DNA of 64,000 nt from Eledone cirrhosa (lineage: Eukaryota). Numbering within the stretch: the first letter of the stretch is position 1; each line of letters opens with the position of its first letter. Location: contig OZ024761.1 in assembly GCA_964016885.1 (NCBI GenBank), forward strand, positions 27,652,001-27,716,000, in the 5' to 3' direction. Below the pieces are notes generated by a model that was not told the DNA's origin, did no database searches, and worked only from the letters and a program-made list of their open reading frames with translations. A program made the position numbers and the translations under genes. This document shows positions 43,186 through 59,474 of this stretch, piece by piece.

Positions 43186-43541
43186 GCCTGCACCAAATGC
43201 AAGACCTCATAATTGTAAAATATAAGGAATCTAAAAATGTTGATATTTTGAGGAATGTAATTGAAAATCAATGAAAGGAAGGAATAAAAGTGAGAATTTG
43301 GCCAATTTGGAGGTTAGCCTAGATTCAACCAGATCAGACATGCACCACAGACTAAACTTGGCATGTTCTCCTGGGTTTATTCCAATATTGGCAATATTGT
43401 TAATACATTTGTTTATATATTTTATATATAGTTTATATATACTATTGTTTATATATTTTATATATTGTTTATATATATATATATATATGTTTGTGTGTGT
43501 GTGTACATATGTGTATATGTATAAACATAGATATGTATGCA

Positions 43542-43573
<32 letters not shown>

Positions 43574-43650
43574 ATGTATATATATACATATATATAATGT
43601 ATATATATATATATATATAATGTATATATATACATATATATAATGTATAT

Positions 43651-43706
<56 letters not shown>

Positions 43707-43904
43707 TATATGCATGTGAATGTGTGCATATGTAATATATGTATAAATACATACAAACACTCACTCACTCACATACCCGTACCCACACACTCATACCCCC
43801 TCCACACAGACACACACACACGCATACATGTATATATACATATACATAATTCCAAGTAAAGAACTGTTGGTTGATCACTCCACTGACTGTAGTGTAAACA
43901 GCCG

Positions 43905-44570
43905 CAAGTGTCTTGGCCGTATCGGTAGAGAGTCGAACGCCATGCTTTGCCCCCTAGAGTTACGGTCCTTTACGATCTGAGTTCAAATCCCACCGAGGTC
44001 AAAATAAAGTACCAGTAATGGACTGGGGGTAATTACAAGCCTTGTGCGAAAATCAGAAACAATTATTATAAAGAAGAGAGACGGTTCTATGTATACATCC
44101 TCTGTTTATTATATAATGGTTTCTTATATAGGCACAAGGCCAGCAATTTTAGGGGAGGGGAAAATCGATTAAATCGACCCAGTACGTGACTGGTGCTTTA
44201 TTTTATCGACCCCGTAAGGATGAAAGGCAAAGTTAACCTCGGCGGGATTTGAACTCAGACTGTAAAGGACCGTAACTCTATGCTGCAAATCATGGCGTTC
44301 GACTCTCTACCGATACTGCCAAGCCACCGCCCTTGTTTATTATATAATAAAAACTGATTTCTACTTTAGACACAAGGTAAATAGTTGTTTCTACGTTAGG
44401 CACAAGGCCTGCAATCACCCAGTGTATTACTGGTATTTTATTTTATCGATCCCGTAAGGATGAAAGGCAAAGTTAACCTCGGCGGGATTTGAACTCAGAA
44501 TGACAAGGGCCGTAACTCTATGCGTCAAAGCATGGCGTCCGACACTCTACCAATACTGCTAATCCAGTAA
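43905..44570. mobile_element. SINE cluster (one + copy, two - copies)
   Basis: Main SINE consensus. tgtttattatataat is duplicated at about 44104 and 44334. Confidence 0.88.
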
Positions 44571-44742
44571 ATAGTTTTGAAGAAAGAGAAACGTCGTTCA
44601 AATCGTCTCCAATACTTGATTGGTACTTTATTTCGATGACACTGAAGGGATGAAATACGAAGTTGACCTAAGAGAAATTCCAGCTGAAAACAAAAAGACC
44701 CAGAACAAATACCGCAAAATATTTTGTCCTAATCTCTACTGA

Positions 44743-46172
44743 TTACCTGTACTAGACACATAACTCTGGTTAGAAACCATTAACAACAAAAAACAAATCC
44801 TCCATTCCCATTATGCCAAACCCATGACTTCCAAATACCTGATCCTCCGAAACTCAGCTGTTTCGGATCACGCCATAATCAACATACTGATTGCGGATTT
44901 AGTACGGGTGATGAAAAACGTGTCTCGCATGTGCAACACCAAAGAACTAGAGAGACACATACAACACTTCATCCACCGTATGCAGTTCTCTCGTTACAAT
45001 CAGAGAGATACAATCAGAGTATATAGAAGAGCCAGAACCAAATGGGAAAAAATGGTAAATAATGATACAAATGGGACCTGTTCCTTTGTATAGGAGCAAA
45101 TTTTGGAATAGAATAGAAAGAACTAGGAATAAGGTTAATAGAATAATCTCATGGTATGATAGCAATAAATACCAGAGTGTAATGTTCATCAATACAACCC
45201 CTAGAGGTGAACTAGCTTACAAATTTAGAAGGGTCCTAGATAAACTTAAACTAAATATTAAATTAGTGGAAAGACCTCCAGAAAAAAACACCTATTAGTA
45301 ATACATACCCTTTTCAAAGACCTCCCTGTATAGATAAGAAATGCCTAATCTGTAAACTAAGCCCCCATATTAACTGCAAAACTAGAAACATAGTATATAG
45401 CATAAGATGTACTGAGGGACAATGTAAAGATAAGAATTTTGTGTACATAGGTAAAACAGCTCGTAGTATAGGAGAATGATTAAATGAACACTGGAGAGAG
45501 CTCTCCAAGATTGAAAAGAATCATCAGTACTCCACCAATATGAAAAAATAGAACATAATGGCAAATTAGAGAACATAGAAATAAAAATAAAATCTACACA
45601 CAGAAAAGACGCAATGTTTAGACAAATCACAGAAGCAATAAACATAAATGAACTCCAACCAAAATTAAATTGAAAACATGAATGGAATAGCAACATCACA
45701 ACTTACAATTAAGGACAAAATGAAAACACACACACATAGAACAAATAACCAACTAGTAACATGTAAATAAACAAATAAATAAACAATAAAAACACACACA
45801 GACACCCGGATGTAGCACATGCCCAAACTAAGCACACAACACACAAAAAACAAGATGGCGTAGGACAAGATGGCGTAGGACAGAACAAAGGAGAGGCGCA
45901 AAACAAAGAAAATAATCCCCGGTCACTAATGAGGTCACAGGATGTGTGACGAAAGAACTTTGACAATATATGAACAACCGTCCGATTGTCGAACCAACCA
46001 ACCAACTGAAAATTTATAAATTTCTTAAATTTATAATTTAATTTATAATAAATTGGAGTGAAAGCACTGGTGCGTGTGTTTCTTATTGGCAACATGACCC
46101 TCCCAAAGTATAATAATATCGGTTTCAACACACGTTTTCAGATAAAGAATCTTTCTAAACAAATTCAGAAAC
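44743..46172 (+). mobile_element. 5'-truncated Penelope-like element: RT thumb, zinc knuckle, GIY-YIG endonuclease (pseudogenised), pLTR with hammerhead
   Basis: LPVLDT*LW, HYAKPM, PLYRSKFW, SVMFINTTPRGEL, C-x4-C-x2-C-x7-C, NIVYSIRC..C..VYIGKTARSIGE*LNEH, RQITEAININELQPKLN*KHEW. The ORF ends at about 45712 and the element ends in (TA)n. Confidence 0.9.
45922..45964 (+). ncRNA. Minimal hammerhead in the PLE 3' region (core mutated to CUAAUGA)
   Basis: GUCA-CUAAUGA-gGUCACA(ggaug)UGUGAC-GAAA-G(aa)C-UU-UGAC. Confidence 0.65.
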
Positions 46173-46828
46173 AATATATATATATATATATAATGTTTGT
46201 GAGCGTGTATGTATACGTATTATAGTTTGTACGTAATAGGCAATTACTTTCATTCTAGGATATGATTAAATAAAAATATAAGCAAAGAGGGTGAATAAAA
46301 TGAAGCTAGTATTAAATGACCTCAACACGCAAGTACATTCTTTCGTACAGTTATATGTCGGTAGAAAGACTTAAACCTATACCGTGTTATATTTACATAA
46401 AACCTAATTGATAAATATAACTACATATACGTATACATACACGAACATACACACACACACAGTCATATATACATGTATGTTTGTATATATGTATATATAC
46501 AAAGCGGCGTTATAATAAGAGTCCGCTAAACTGATGCGTGCATATATGTATGTGTACCTGTATGTATATATATATATATATATGTATATGCATGATACTG
46601 TACGTCTGTATACATATATGTATGTACGTATACATACATACTTATATTTAAGTAAGTGCCATACTAAGAGTGAGAAATGAAATTTCGTTTTCATTTTTTT
46701 TTCAACTTATCGTTTTCGGTATGCCTGACCGATTTAAGTCACTCAATATGCAAATTAGGCTGCTCAGCCGTTAATTTTCATAAGGAAAGTATATACTTTC
46801 GAACATTCAACTATCTCGCAGATGGGTA

Positions 46829-46873
46829 AACGGTGCTGATGATAGCTAACAAGCTTGAAACTAGTACATCGTT
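46829..46873 (+). ncRNA. Minimal type I hammerhead, intact core
   Basis: AACGGUG-CUGAUGA-uAGCU(aaca)AGCUu-GAAA-C(ua)G-UA-CAUCGUU: 7-bp stem I, palindromic ACUAGU, GUA site. Confidence 0.82.
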
Positions 46874-47049
46874 CCTGTGTCAGTGTTGAACAAAAAGGTG
46901 ACGTGGTTGCCTTAACACCGTATGGCATAAATTCAGGCTGTTCAGTTTGTTTACAAACGAACAAAGCGGCGTTATAATAAGCGTCCGCTAAACTGATGCG
47001 TGCATATATGTATGTGTACCTGTATGTATATATATATATGTATATATAT

Positions 47050-50200
<3,151 letters not shown>

Positions 50201-50372
50201 TAAAGAATTAGTATATCTAGTAACATATATATACACAGATGCATACTTATGATAGCAAATATATTGGTTTTGTCTTAGTAACATTGTGGTTCAATGCATG
50301 GGGATGCAGAACAATCATATGAGAAACGTAAAATAAGAAAATTATAAAATTAACTTACTTACTAAAATTTCA

Positions 50373-50451
50373 CTCCAACTAATTAGTTTCTGAAAGGGAA
50401 TAAACATAGTTTCCGAAGAAACGTACGGAGAAGCCTTTCGTCATCAGGGAA
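50373..50451 (-). ncRNA. Type I hammerhead with a 50-nt stem II (family of 36851-36930)
   Basis: UUCC-CUGAUGA-cGAAAGG cuucuc CGUAcGUUUC(uucg)GAAACUAUG uuuauuc CCUUUCa-GAAA-CUA(au)UAG-UU-GGAG. Confidence 0.82.
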
Positions 50452-50608
50452 GTCTATTCTCAGTTAAATTTCCAGGCAATACGTGGACACAGGGAACTTA
50501 TACAAAAATAATTCAGTGGATGGAAAAAAGCATATATGTATATATATATACACATATATATATATATATATGTGTGTATGTATATATATATATATATATG
50601 TGTATATA

Positions 50609-50641
<33 letters not shown>

Positions 50642-50642
50642 G

Positions 50643-50673
<31 letters not shown>

Positions 50674-50834
50674 CTATATATATATGTATATATATATGTA
50701 TATATATGTATATATATATGTATATATATACATGCAGATATAAAAGACAGCGAGAAGCGAAAACCAACCAAACAGTGAGTGTGTTCTGTTATTAATTCTG
50801 GCAATATGACGCAAATATGACCCTCCCCAAGTAT

Positions 50835-50876
<42 letters not shown>

Positions 50877-51148
50877 ATATATATGTATAAATAGGTAGTT
50901 GTTAAACTTGATCGATTAGTTAAGAGAATGACAGATATGCCTAAGCAGATCAATAATATCGGGAATAACAGCAAACAGCTGAATTGATAAAGTGGTTACA
51001 TTCATCTCTCTCTCCCCCTCTCTCATATATATATAATTAGTATATATATATATATAGAGAGAGAGAGAGACACACACACATACACCTGCACATACTGTCT
51101 GTTATATATACTGTCTGTTATATATACATACTGACTGTTATATATAAT

Positions 51149-52039
51149 TGTTTCTACGTTAGGCACAAGGCCAGAAATTACCCAGTGCATTACTGGTACT
51201 TTATTTTATCGACCCCGTAAGGATGAAAGGCAAAGTTAACCTTGGCGGGATTTGAACTCAGAATGGCAAGGGCCGTAACTCTATACGTCAAAGCATGGCG
51301 TCCGACCCTCTACCAATACTGCCAATCCACCGCCGACTGTTATATATAATATTGTGTATTTGAAATCTTTGAATAAATAAGATTATCTCTGTAATTCGAA
51401 GTCAAGAACTCCCTCTTCTAGCACGTTAAATGCGTCTGATCACACAAGTGAGCAAATGAAAGCATTCTGGATGGTGTAGATGATGTATACCGTCGGGGTA
51501 GCCTGTGCAGGGGTGAGGTATTTGTGTGACCAGTCCAACACCATGGGGACGGTACGTGGAATCTTATGCTGTCTCTGACTCTAGGGCCACGCACCCACTC
51601 ACCGCCATCAGCACAGAGTTTGCTACTCACAGGTGTGGACCTCGTGAACTGCAATGGCTCATCTAGCGCAACTCCATCATCCGCGACGCGGCCAGCGTGT
51701 GCACCCCCATTAGCTCATAATAGTTGTTTCTACTTTAGGCACAAGGCCAGCAATTACCTAGTGCATTACTGGTACTTTATTTTATCGACCCCGTAAGGAT
51801 GAAAGGCAAAGCTAACCTCAGCGGGATTTGAACTCACATCATATGCTACCTAATAATTGTTTCTACTTTAGGCACAAGGCCAGCAAATACCCAGTGCATT
51901 ACTGGTACTTTATTTTATCGACCCCGTAAGGATGAAAGGCAAAGTCAACCTCGGCGGGATTTGAACTCAGATCGTAAAGGGACGTAACTATGCTGGAAAG
52001 CATGGCGTCCGACCCTCTACCGATACTGCCAATCCACCG
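51149..52039 (-). mobile_element. SINEs with clear TSDs surrounding a CRE-like tail fragment (51560-51705, +)
   Basis: TSD gactgttatatataat around 51149-51334. TSD ttagctcataatagt at 51710-51724 and 52040-52054 around a SINE dimer. The fragment translates as LTAISTEFATHRCGPRELQWLI*R. Confidence 0.85.
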
Positions 52040-52199
52040 TTAGCTCATAATAGTGAGAGATGTGGAGCGCGGGTGAGACGGAGGCAGTGGCAGCGGGAGT
52101 TAGGTTCTTTTGTGTCCGGACCTTGCGTATGTGTGTATGTTTCACTGAGACACACTCATGTATGTGTTTCCCCATTTCCACACTATGTACACTATTTTG

Positions 52200-52580
52200 A
52201 ACTCTGGACTGTCTCTCTATCTGTCACTTTAGAAGGAGAATCAGAGTGGAGAGAGACGCACTGCACCCCAGTAAATATACTGAAAGACGGGTGAATGAAG
52301 CGAAAATGGCCTAAGTGATTGGGTCTTCTCTGTTTATAAGCCTGTAGGTTAAAAAAGAGAGAAAAATGAAGTAGGGAGCACTTGCACAACACGCTCCTAA
52401 AATTGAGGGTTGTTCTATCGATGGGGTATTAAACAACCCATTTGTGCCCCCCCCCCTATTGGGGATTTCGATTGTTATAATTGTTTGTTTCAATATTTTT
52501 ACACGACTGTATGTGAAAACCCGGCATGTGTCTTTGTATTGTCCCTTTTTCTTGTGCGCCCTCGTGGCAAATAAAGAAAT
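52200..52580 (+). mobile_element. LINE 3' tail related to 5412-5785
   Basis: RRRIRVERDALHPSKYTERRVNEAKMA*VIGSSLFISL*, ending in ccctcgtggcaaataaa. Confidence 0.5.
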
Positions 52581-53156
52581 ATATCTATTCCAGTGATAGT
52601 ATCTGTGCTATATTTTGTTGTTTTTAGCAGGAGTGTGTTGGAAGCGGGAACGCAATGTCTGCCCGCGTGTCTTACGTTCTAGCAACGCTACATATCCAGA
52701 TGTGATTGGATGTATTCTGTCAGTCATACTATCGAAAACGACCGATATATTACGACCTTATTTAATCTCTTCAGCGAAGCATATCCTACATATTTGGTTA
52801 GTTTTCGAAATGATCAGTTTATGAGAAATTTTGGATCCCCATTCGGAAATTTTATTCGTTGAAATTTCCAAAAATGACATCTCATGTCCAGCAAAACATA
52901 TACAGCTCCGAAGTGTTTCTTTTGACAAAGAGATTTTATCCCGAAATATATATATGAATCTATGAAAAAATCTCAACATCAGTGTTATTATATTTTTAAC
53001 ATTTACCGTCCAATTCATATAGTGGTAGCTTTTAAACAAAACACTATTTTCTATGCTTTATATAATACTTCAAGCAGACTACAATACCCTTTACACACAC
53101 ATATACGATATATAAATATTTCCATATATATATGTATCACTCTCTCCTTCCCCCTC

Positions 53157-53280
<124 letters not shown>

Positions 53281-53735
53281 ATATATATATATATATGTGT
53301 GTATATATATATATATATAGTCTGTGTATGTATGTGATAGAAATATAGAGATAGTGAGTGATGTTGTTGAGTGAAATAACAGACATAGCTATCCTTTCTA
53401 CCTATATTGGCAATTCCACTGTTTTAACATAAAAAATACAACCAGACAAACAAAAAAAAACAAACGCCCCTCCAAATGAAACAAAAATGAAATTAGAAAC
53501 TTCATAAATTAAAACAAGAAAACCATAACACCGTCAACAAAGTAACATAAAAACAACATTATACAAATATTGATGGACGAAATACAGCAGAACCTATCTT
53601 TTTGTTGTTTTCACTGAGGAAGAGTTCCGATTGCATTCAATCATGTTAAAACTTCCATATTGAAAGTGGCGTTTTATATTACTATAATCTGCTGGAGATT
53701 AGCAAATACATAGGTCTGCTCTTACACCTGTTATC

Positions 53736-53838
<103 letters not shown>

Positions 53839-53885
53839 GTCTAGATAGATAGATGTTTATTTATATCTATGTATATGTAAATATT

Positions 53886-53917
<32 letters not shown>

Positions 53918-53985
53918 CATATACACACATATATATATATGTGTGCAGGTATATATATGTATATATATGTGTATGATAATATAAA

Positions 53986-54024
<39 letters not shown>

Positions 54025-54119
54025 GAAGTATTTCCGTCGGAAAGGTACAGGAATATATATATATATATATATAAATGTTTATATATACATACATAGAAAT
54101 AAACACCTATCTATCTAGA

Positions 54120-54218
<99 letters not shown>

Positions 54219-54907
54219 CTCATTCTTTATATAGATATGTCTCTGCCATTGCGTGGCTGCGCAAGTGCATCAGTTTTTTTCTATCTATTTATATGTCTGT
54301 CTCTGTCTGTCAACCTGTCTATCAATCAATCTCTCCCCATCACATTCCCTTTACATCTTCTCTCTCTCTCTCTCTCTCTCTTATTCATCTCTCATCGCCT
54401 TTTCCCCTCTTCCTCCCTCTGTCTCACCCCACCCCTCTCTCTCTCTCTCTCTGTATATACATATATAACTATATATACACACACAATGATATACAGACCC
54501 ACTTATATATATATATGGCTAAACAGCGAGATTTCTTACTCTGAGGTTTCACATGCACACACACAAGTTCACCAGACAAGAAGTGTGTCTACGCATGTGA
54601 AATTTCAGAGTTTCTAGACTCACTATTTAGCCATATAAATTAATATTTAATTTCTACTTTGGTATTGAGTACTCTTCCCTCTCGTCCATCAACGACATGA
54701 CGTGTGTGTATGTATGTATGTATGTATGTATGTATGTATGTATGTATGTATGTATGTATGTATGTATGTATGTATGTATGTATTTATGTATGTATGTATG
54801 TATATATATATATATACAAAGCTCAAATGATGTATGTAGAGAATTAATAATTATAGTTTATAATTTAATGTATAACTCTCTCAAAACATTGTAAGGAATT
54901 AACGATG

Positions 54908-54993
54908 ATTTAAAAGCTAAAATGTCCATCTTATTATTTGATTTTATATATATATATAATCAAATAATAAGATGGAAATTTTAGCTTTTAAAT
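54908..54993. repeat. Short fold-back with a TA loop
   Basis: atttaaaagctaaaatgtccatcttattatttgatt ... aatcaaataataagatggaaattttagcttttaaat. Confidence 0.85.
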
Positions 54994-55284
54994 AGCTACG
55001 GACAGAGTTGAGAGCTTCGGATATATATACATATATATATATCGCCATAGAAGAATTGTTAGAAGAATTCGGTTATTCGATAAATAACCCCCCCCCCCCA
55101 CACACACACAGGGGAAGAATTGGCCCCAATACTGGACTGGTTCTTTCTTTATCGATCTCGAAAGGGTGGGTGAATGATAACATTCGGTGGCAGGGAATCA
55201 GAAGAAAACTGAGGCATTTTAACCCAACGCTCAAAAACGATTCTGTCAGTCGGCCATCTTTGCTAATTACATAAAGAATATGTA

Positions 55285-55470
55285 ATTGTTTCTACTTTTG
55301 GCACATGGCCAGCAATTATACCAGTTATTACTGGTGCTTTATTTTATCGACCCCGTAAAAATGAAAGGCAAAGTTAACCTCGGCGGGATTCGAACTCACA
55401 TCATAAAGGGCCGAAACTCTATGCTGCAAAGCATGGCATCAGACCCTCTATCGATACTGCCAATCCACGT
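55285..55470 (-). mobile_element. SINE (main family)
   Basis: Full reverse-complement consensus. Confidence 0.88.
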
Positions 55471-55826
55471 CCATCGCCATATAATGGTTACCAGGTTGTC
55501 TAAATAACATCAGCACGCCATTTTGATTTCCCATCTGTAAGTTAATCCGACATATTTAGCGATAGGTTAAGGAATTTTCGTTAGAAACACCATTGTTGAA
55601 ATGAGATTGACATTAAGAACGGAAGCCGGAAACAAAACCACAGCCGTTAGCCACCATTGGCTCTGATTTGCCAAGAACTTGCACTTATAACTTCAACATT
55701 CACGCCGTTTCCGTTTATCACGCCGCGAAGAACGGAAGTATGAAATAGCTACGGACAGAGTCGAGAGCTTCGGATAAATGTGTGTGTGTGTGTATGTGTG
55801 TGAGTGTGTGTGTGTGTGTGAGTATG

Positions 55827-55863
<37 letters not shown>

Positions 55864-56006
55864 AAGGTGCGAGTGCGCATGTGTCTGTCTGGATGTATTA
55901 TATAAATATCATAGTTTAAATTACTCGCTAACGACTAAATGTAGGTTTGCTGTACATAAACATATCTGATGAGTACATATACGCCATTATTCCGAATCAT
56001 GCTGCG

Positions 56007-56086
<80 letters not shown>

Positions 56087-56134
56087 GAAAGGATAAAAAG
56101 GACGATTGATTATTCCTTCATTGCATTTATTAAT

Positions 56135-56221
56135 AGGTGACGCGCGTTTCGCCACTGATCAGCTCAAGGTTCGATCTATATCGATCCTACCCGACCCAAT
56201 AATCCGCAGCTCGACGGACCT
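56135..56221 (-). ncRNA. Hammerhead-like motif with a 60-nt stem II and non-canonical core CCGUCGA
   Basis: AGGU-CCGUCGA-GCUGC...AGGaUCGAU(auag)AUCGAaCCU...GUGGC-GAAA-CG(cg)CG-UC-ACCU. Confidence 0.6.
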
Positions 56222-57739
56222 TCCCAAAATGCTATAAGAAAATGATATATATATACACACATGCACCTACATACACTCACGGAAACACACACACTCACGG
56301 AAACACACACACAAACACACACACACACACACAGGCGGAAATAGGAACACACATTCTGAGAAAGAGAGATTGGTTTCTTGAACTTTCTTTTACGGGAGGG
56401 AAATGTTGAAAATTTAAATTACATCACAGCTCATATGAAATTCTCTACTACAGAATGTTAAAATCTCGAAGCAAATTTGGTTTTCCGTCAGTTGGAGAAA
56501 TGATCTCCAGTGTTTATAATATACTAATGGACTATACTAATCTTTGTAAACATGGTAATGTTAAAACGCATGACCGTCTCTCACCAGTTCCGTGTATAAA
56601 AATACTTTTATATGTTTAAAACAATGTTGTCTCTGATTGAGCCGAAGCAAAAGTGTATTTGAATACATATAAAAATGAGAAAATATATCACTAGAACAGC
56701 CGTTAACACAGCTAAATGTTGTCAAAGACAGCGATGGGCAAAAATGCCTCAGAGGACAATATGTTTGATAGTTATTTCTTTATTGGCCACTAGGACCGGT
56801 TATATTTATAAGAGGATCCGTCAAAAGACATGGCGTGTCATGGGATATTTTGAAACTACCTAGGCCCATCCTTGACGGAACACAGCCGAATTCTTCCAAA
56901 GAGAGAGAGATAGAGAGAGGGGGGGGAGGGAGTGATAGAAATAGAAGAAAAATTACTCTCAGTACTTGACTGGCACTTTATTTAGCTTAAAATGATGAAA
57001 GCCAAGTACGGCGCCATTTTGTTTTATCCGACGCCATAACGACTCTGTCCTTTTACTGCTTTATTTGTATATGTAAGGTGGGTCAATTTCGGAATCGGTA
57101 GAGCATAAGACCATACAAGTGTTCGTCATTCGTTGGTTTTAACGAAGAATAATCCAGTTGTTCAAATAACGGGACAGACTGAATGTAAAATTAACGTGCC
57201 TGTGACTGATCCTTTCATGGAGCCGTGTAAACCATAACGTACTTCTCAGGGAGATTCAGTGTGAAACAGTGTATGCCAAGGTTGCCCTCTTTGATATGCG
57301 TCTACAATTGATTTTTGACGACTAGTGGACAGGATACAATGTCCTGCTGAATATCGGACTCTCGGCCTTACAGTCACGAGGTGAACACTGAGCCACGCGC
57401 CATTATACCCCGCCCCACCCCACCCACACAAGACACATAAATACACACTATCACCAACATATACACACACAAAGAAATATAAAAAAAAACACACTCACGT
57501 GTGTATGTGTATCTGGATCTGTAGAGTAGAATATATGTATGTGTGTATGAATATATGAATATATGTATGTGTGTATGAATATATGAATATATGTATGTGT
57601 GTATAAATATATGAATATATGTATGTGTGTATGAATATATGTATGTGTGTATGAATATATGTATGTGTGTATGTGTGTACTCAGACGCATACAAGTCCTC
57701 CCATCGTTCTGGACATGGAATCACACACATATGTGTGAA

Positions 57740-57821
<82 letters not shown>

Positions 57822-58081
57822 CGTATGTGTGAATAAACTCAGACATACATATACATATATATATACATATAACATATTTACACATACACATGTATATACA
57901 TACACACACATAGGTGTATATATGTATATATGTATATGCATATATATATATATATTTATGTGTATAAATATATATATATATATATATACACCCATATATA
58001 ATATATATATGTAAAGATATATATTATATATATGTAAATATATATATTATATATATACTCATATATAATATATATATGTAA

Positions 58082-58135
<54 letters not shown>

Positions 58136-58989
58136 ATATATATACTCATATATAATATATAAGTAAATATATATATTATACATATATATACACATATATA
58201 TGTATATATATATATCTTATGTATATATATATATACATATATTACCAAACTTCAAACGTAAAATACACAAGGAGACTCTATCAAAACGCTACGTTGTTAT
58301 GACAAAAGCTAAGATACTATATAAACTCTATATTTCTCACTCATCTAATGCAATCTATACGCAAGGGAAGTAAGCCGATATAGTGTTTGTTTTCTTTAAA
58401 CGATTGAATTTACTTTTCATTCCTCGTTTGTGATAGATAATAATCTAAGTCTGAATGGTAAATATATGTTTACATATATTTATATATAAAGATTTTAAAT
58501 GGTGCTATTTTATTAATATTTTTTTTAGTTATACAAAGCGCTCTCACATTTCACACCCTTTCATGTTCACTATCTACATATATATGTGTGTGTGTGAGTG
58601 TGTGTGGTTGCGTGTGTATGTTTATATTTTCAACCGTCCAGTGCGTGCGCGCGCCCACACTCATACACACACACACATACACATATACACATATCTACAG
58701 TTTTACACACATACCCCTCGCGTCGTTTGTATATATAATTTATTGTATATATATATATATATATATATAAGTATACACACACACTAACATATATATATGT
58801 GTGTGTGTGTGTATGTATATATATATATATGTGTATATATATGTATATATGTATATATGTATATATATGTGTATATATGTATATATATATATATGTGTGT
58901 ATATTTATATATATATGTATATATATGTGTATGTATATATATATATGTGTGTGTGTGTGTATGTATATATATATGTGTATGTATATGTA

Positions 58990-59057
<68 letters not shown>

Positions 59058-59121
59058 ATATTTATATATATATGTATATATATGTGTATGTATATATATA
59101 TGTGTGTGTGTGTGTATGGAT

Positions 59122-59182
<61 letters not shown>

Positions 59183-59474
59183 TATATATGCTGTAAATTC
59201 TCTATATATACATATATACATATATACATACACATATATACATACATATATACATACACATATATAAATGACATGAGAATATGATATATTTTCTTCTTGA
59301 AAGAGGAAGCGTGTAAGAAATGACTGGAACAGTTGACTCTAGTGGGATTCGAACTTACAACTCCGAGAGCCGGGAGGAACATTGCAAAGCGTTTTATCTG
59401 ACGATCTTACCACTCTGTCGATTCACTGCCAACAACAATAAAAACAGCTTGCTCAAATACACAAAATCTAAAGC

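Noticed and set aside
45476-45675. In-frame TGA codons in the GIY-YIG ORF as selenocysteine (known in some PLE clades)
   Set aside because: Both fall where Arg/Ser is expected (GE*LNEH, LN*KHEW), not at Cys positions. The copy also has a TAA and frameshifts, and no SECIS was identified.
53615-53675. CTGAGGA...GAAA as a hammerhead
   Set aside because: No coherent stem II, stem III or UH triplet.
55966-56005. CTGATGA as a hammerhead
   Set aside because: No GAAA, stem III or stem I partner follows.
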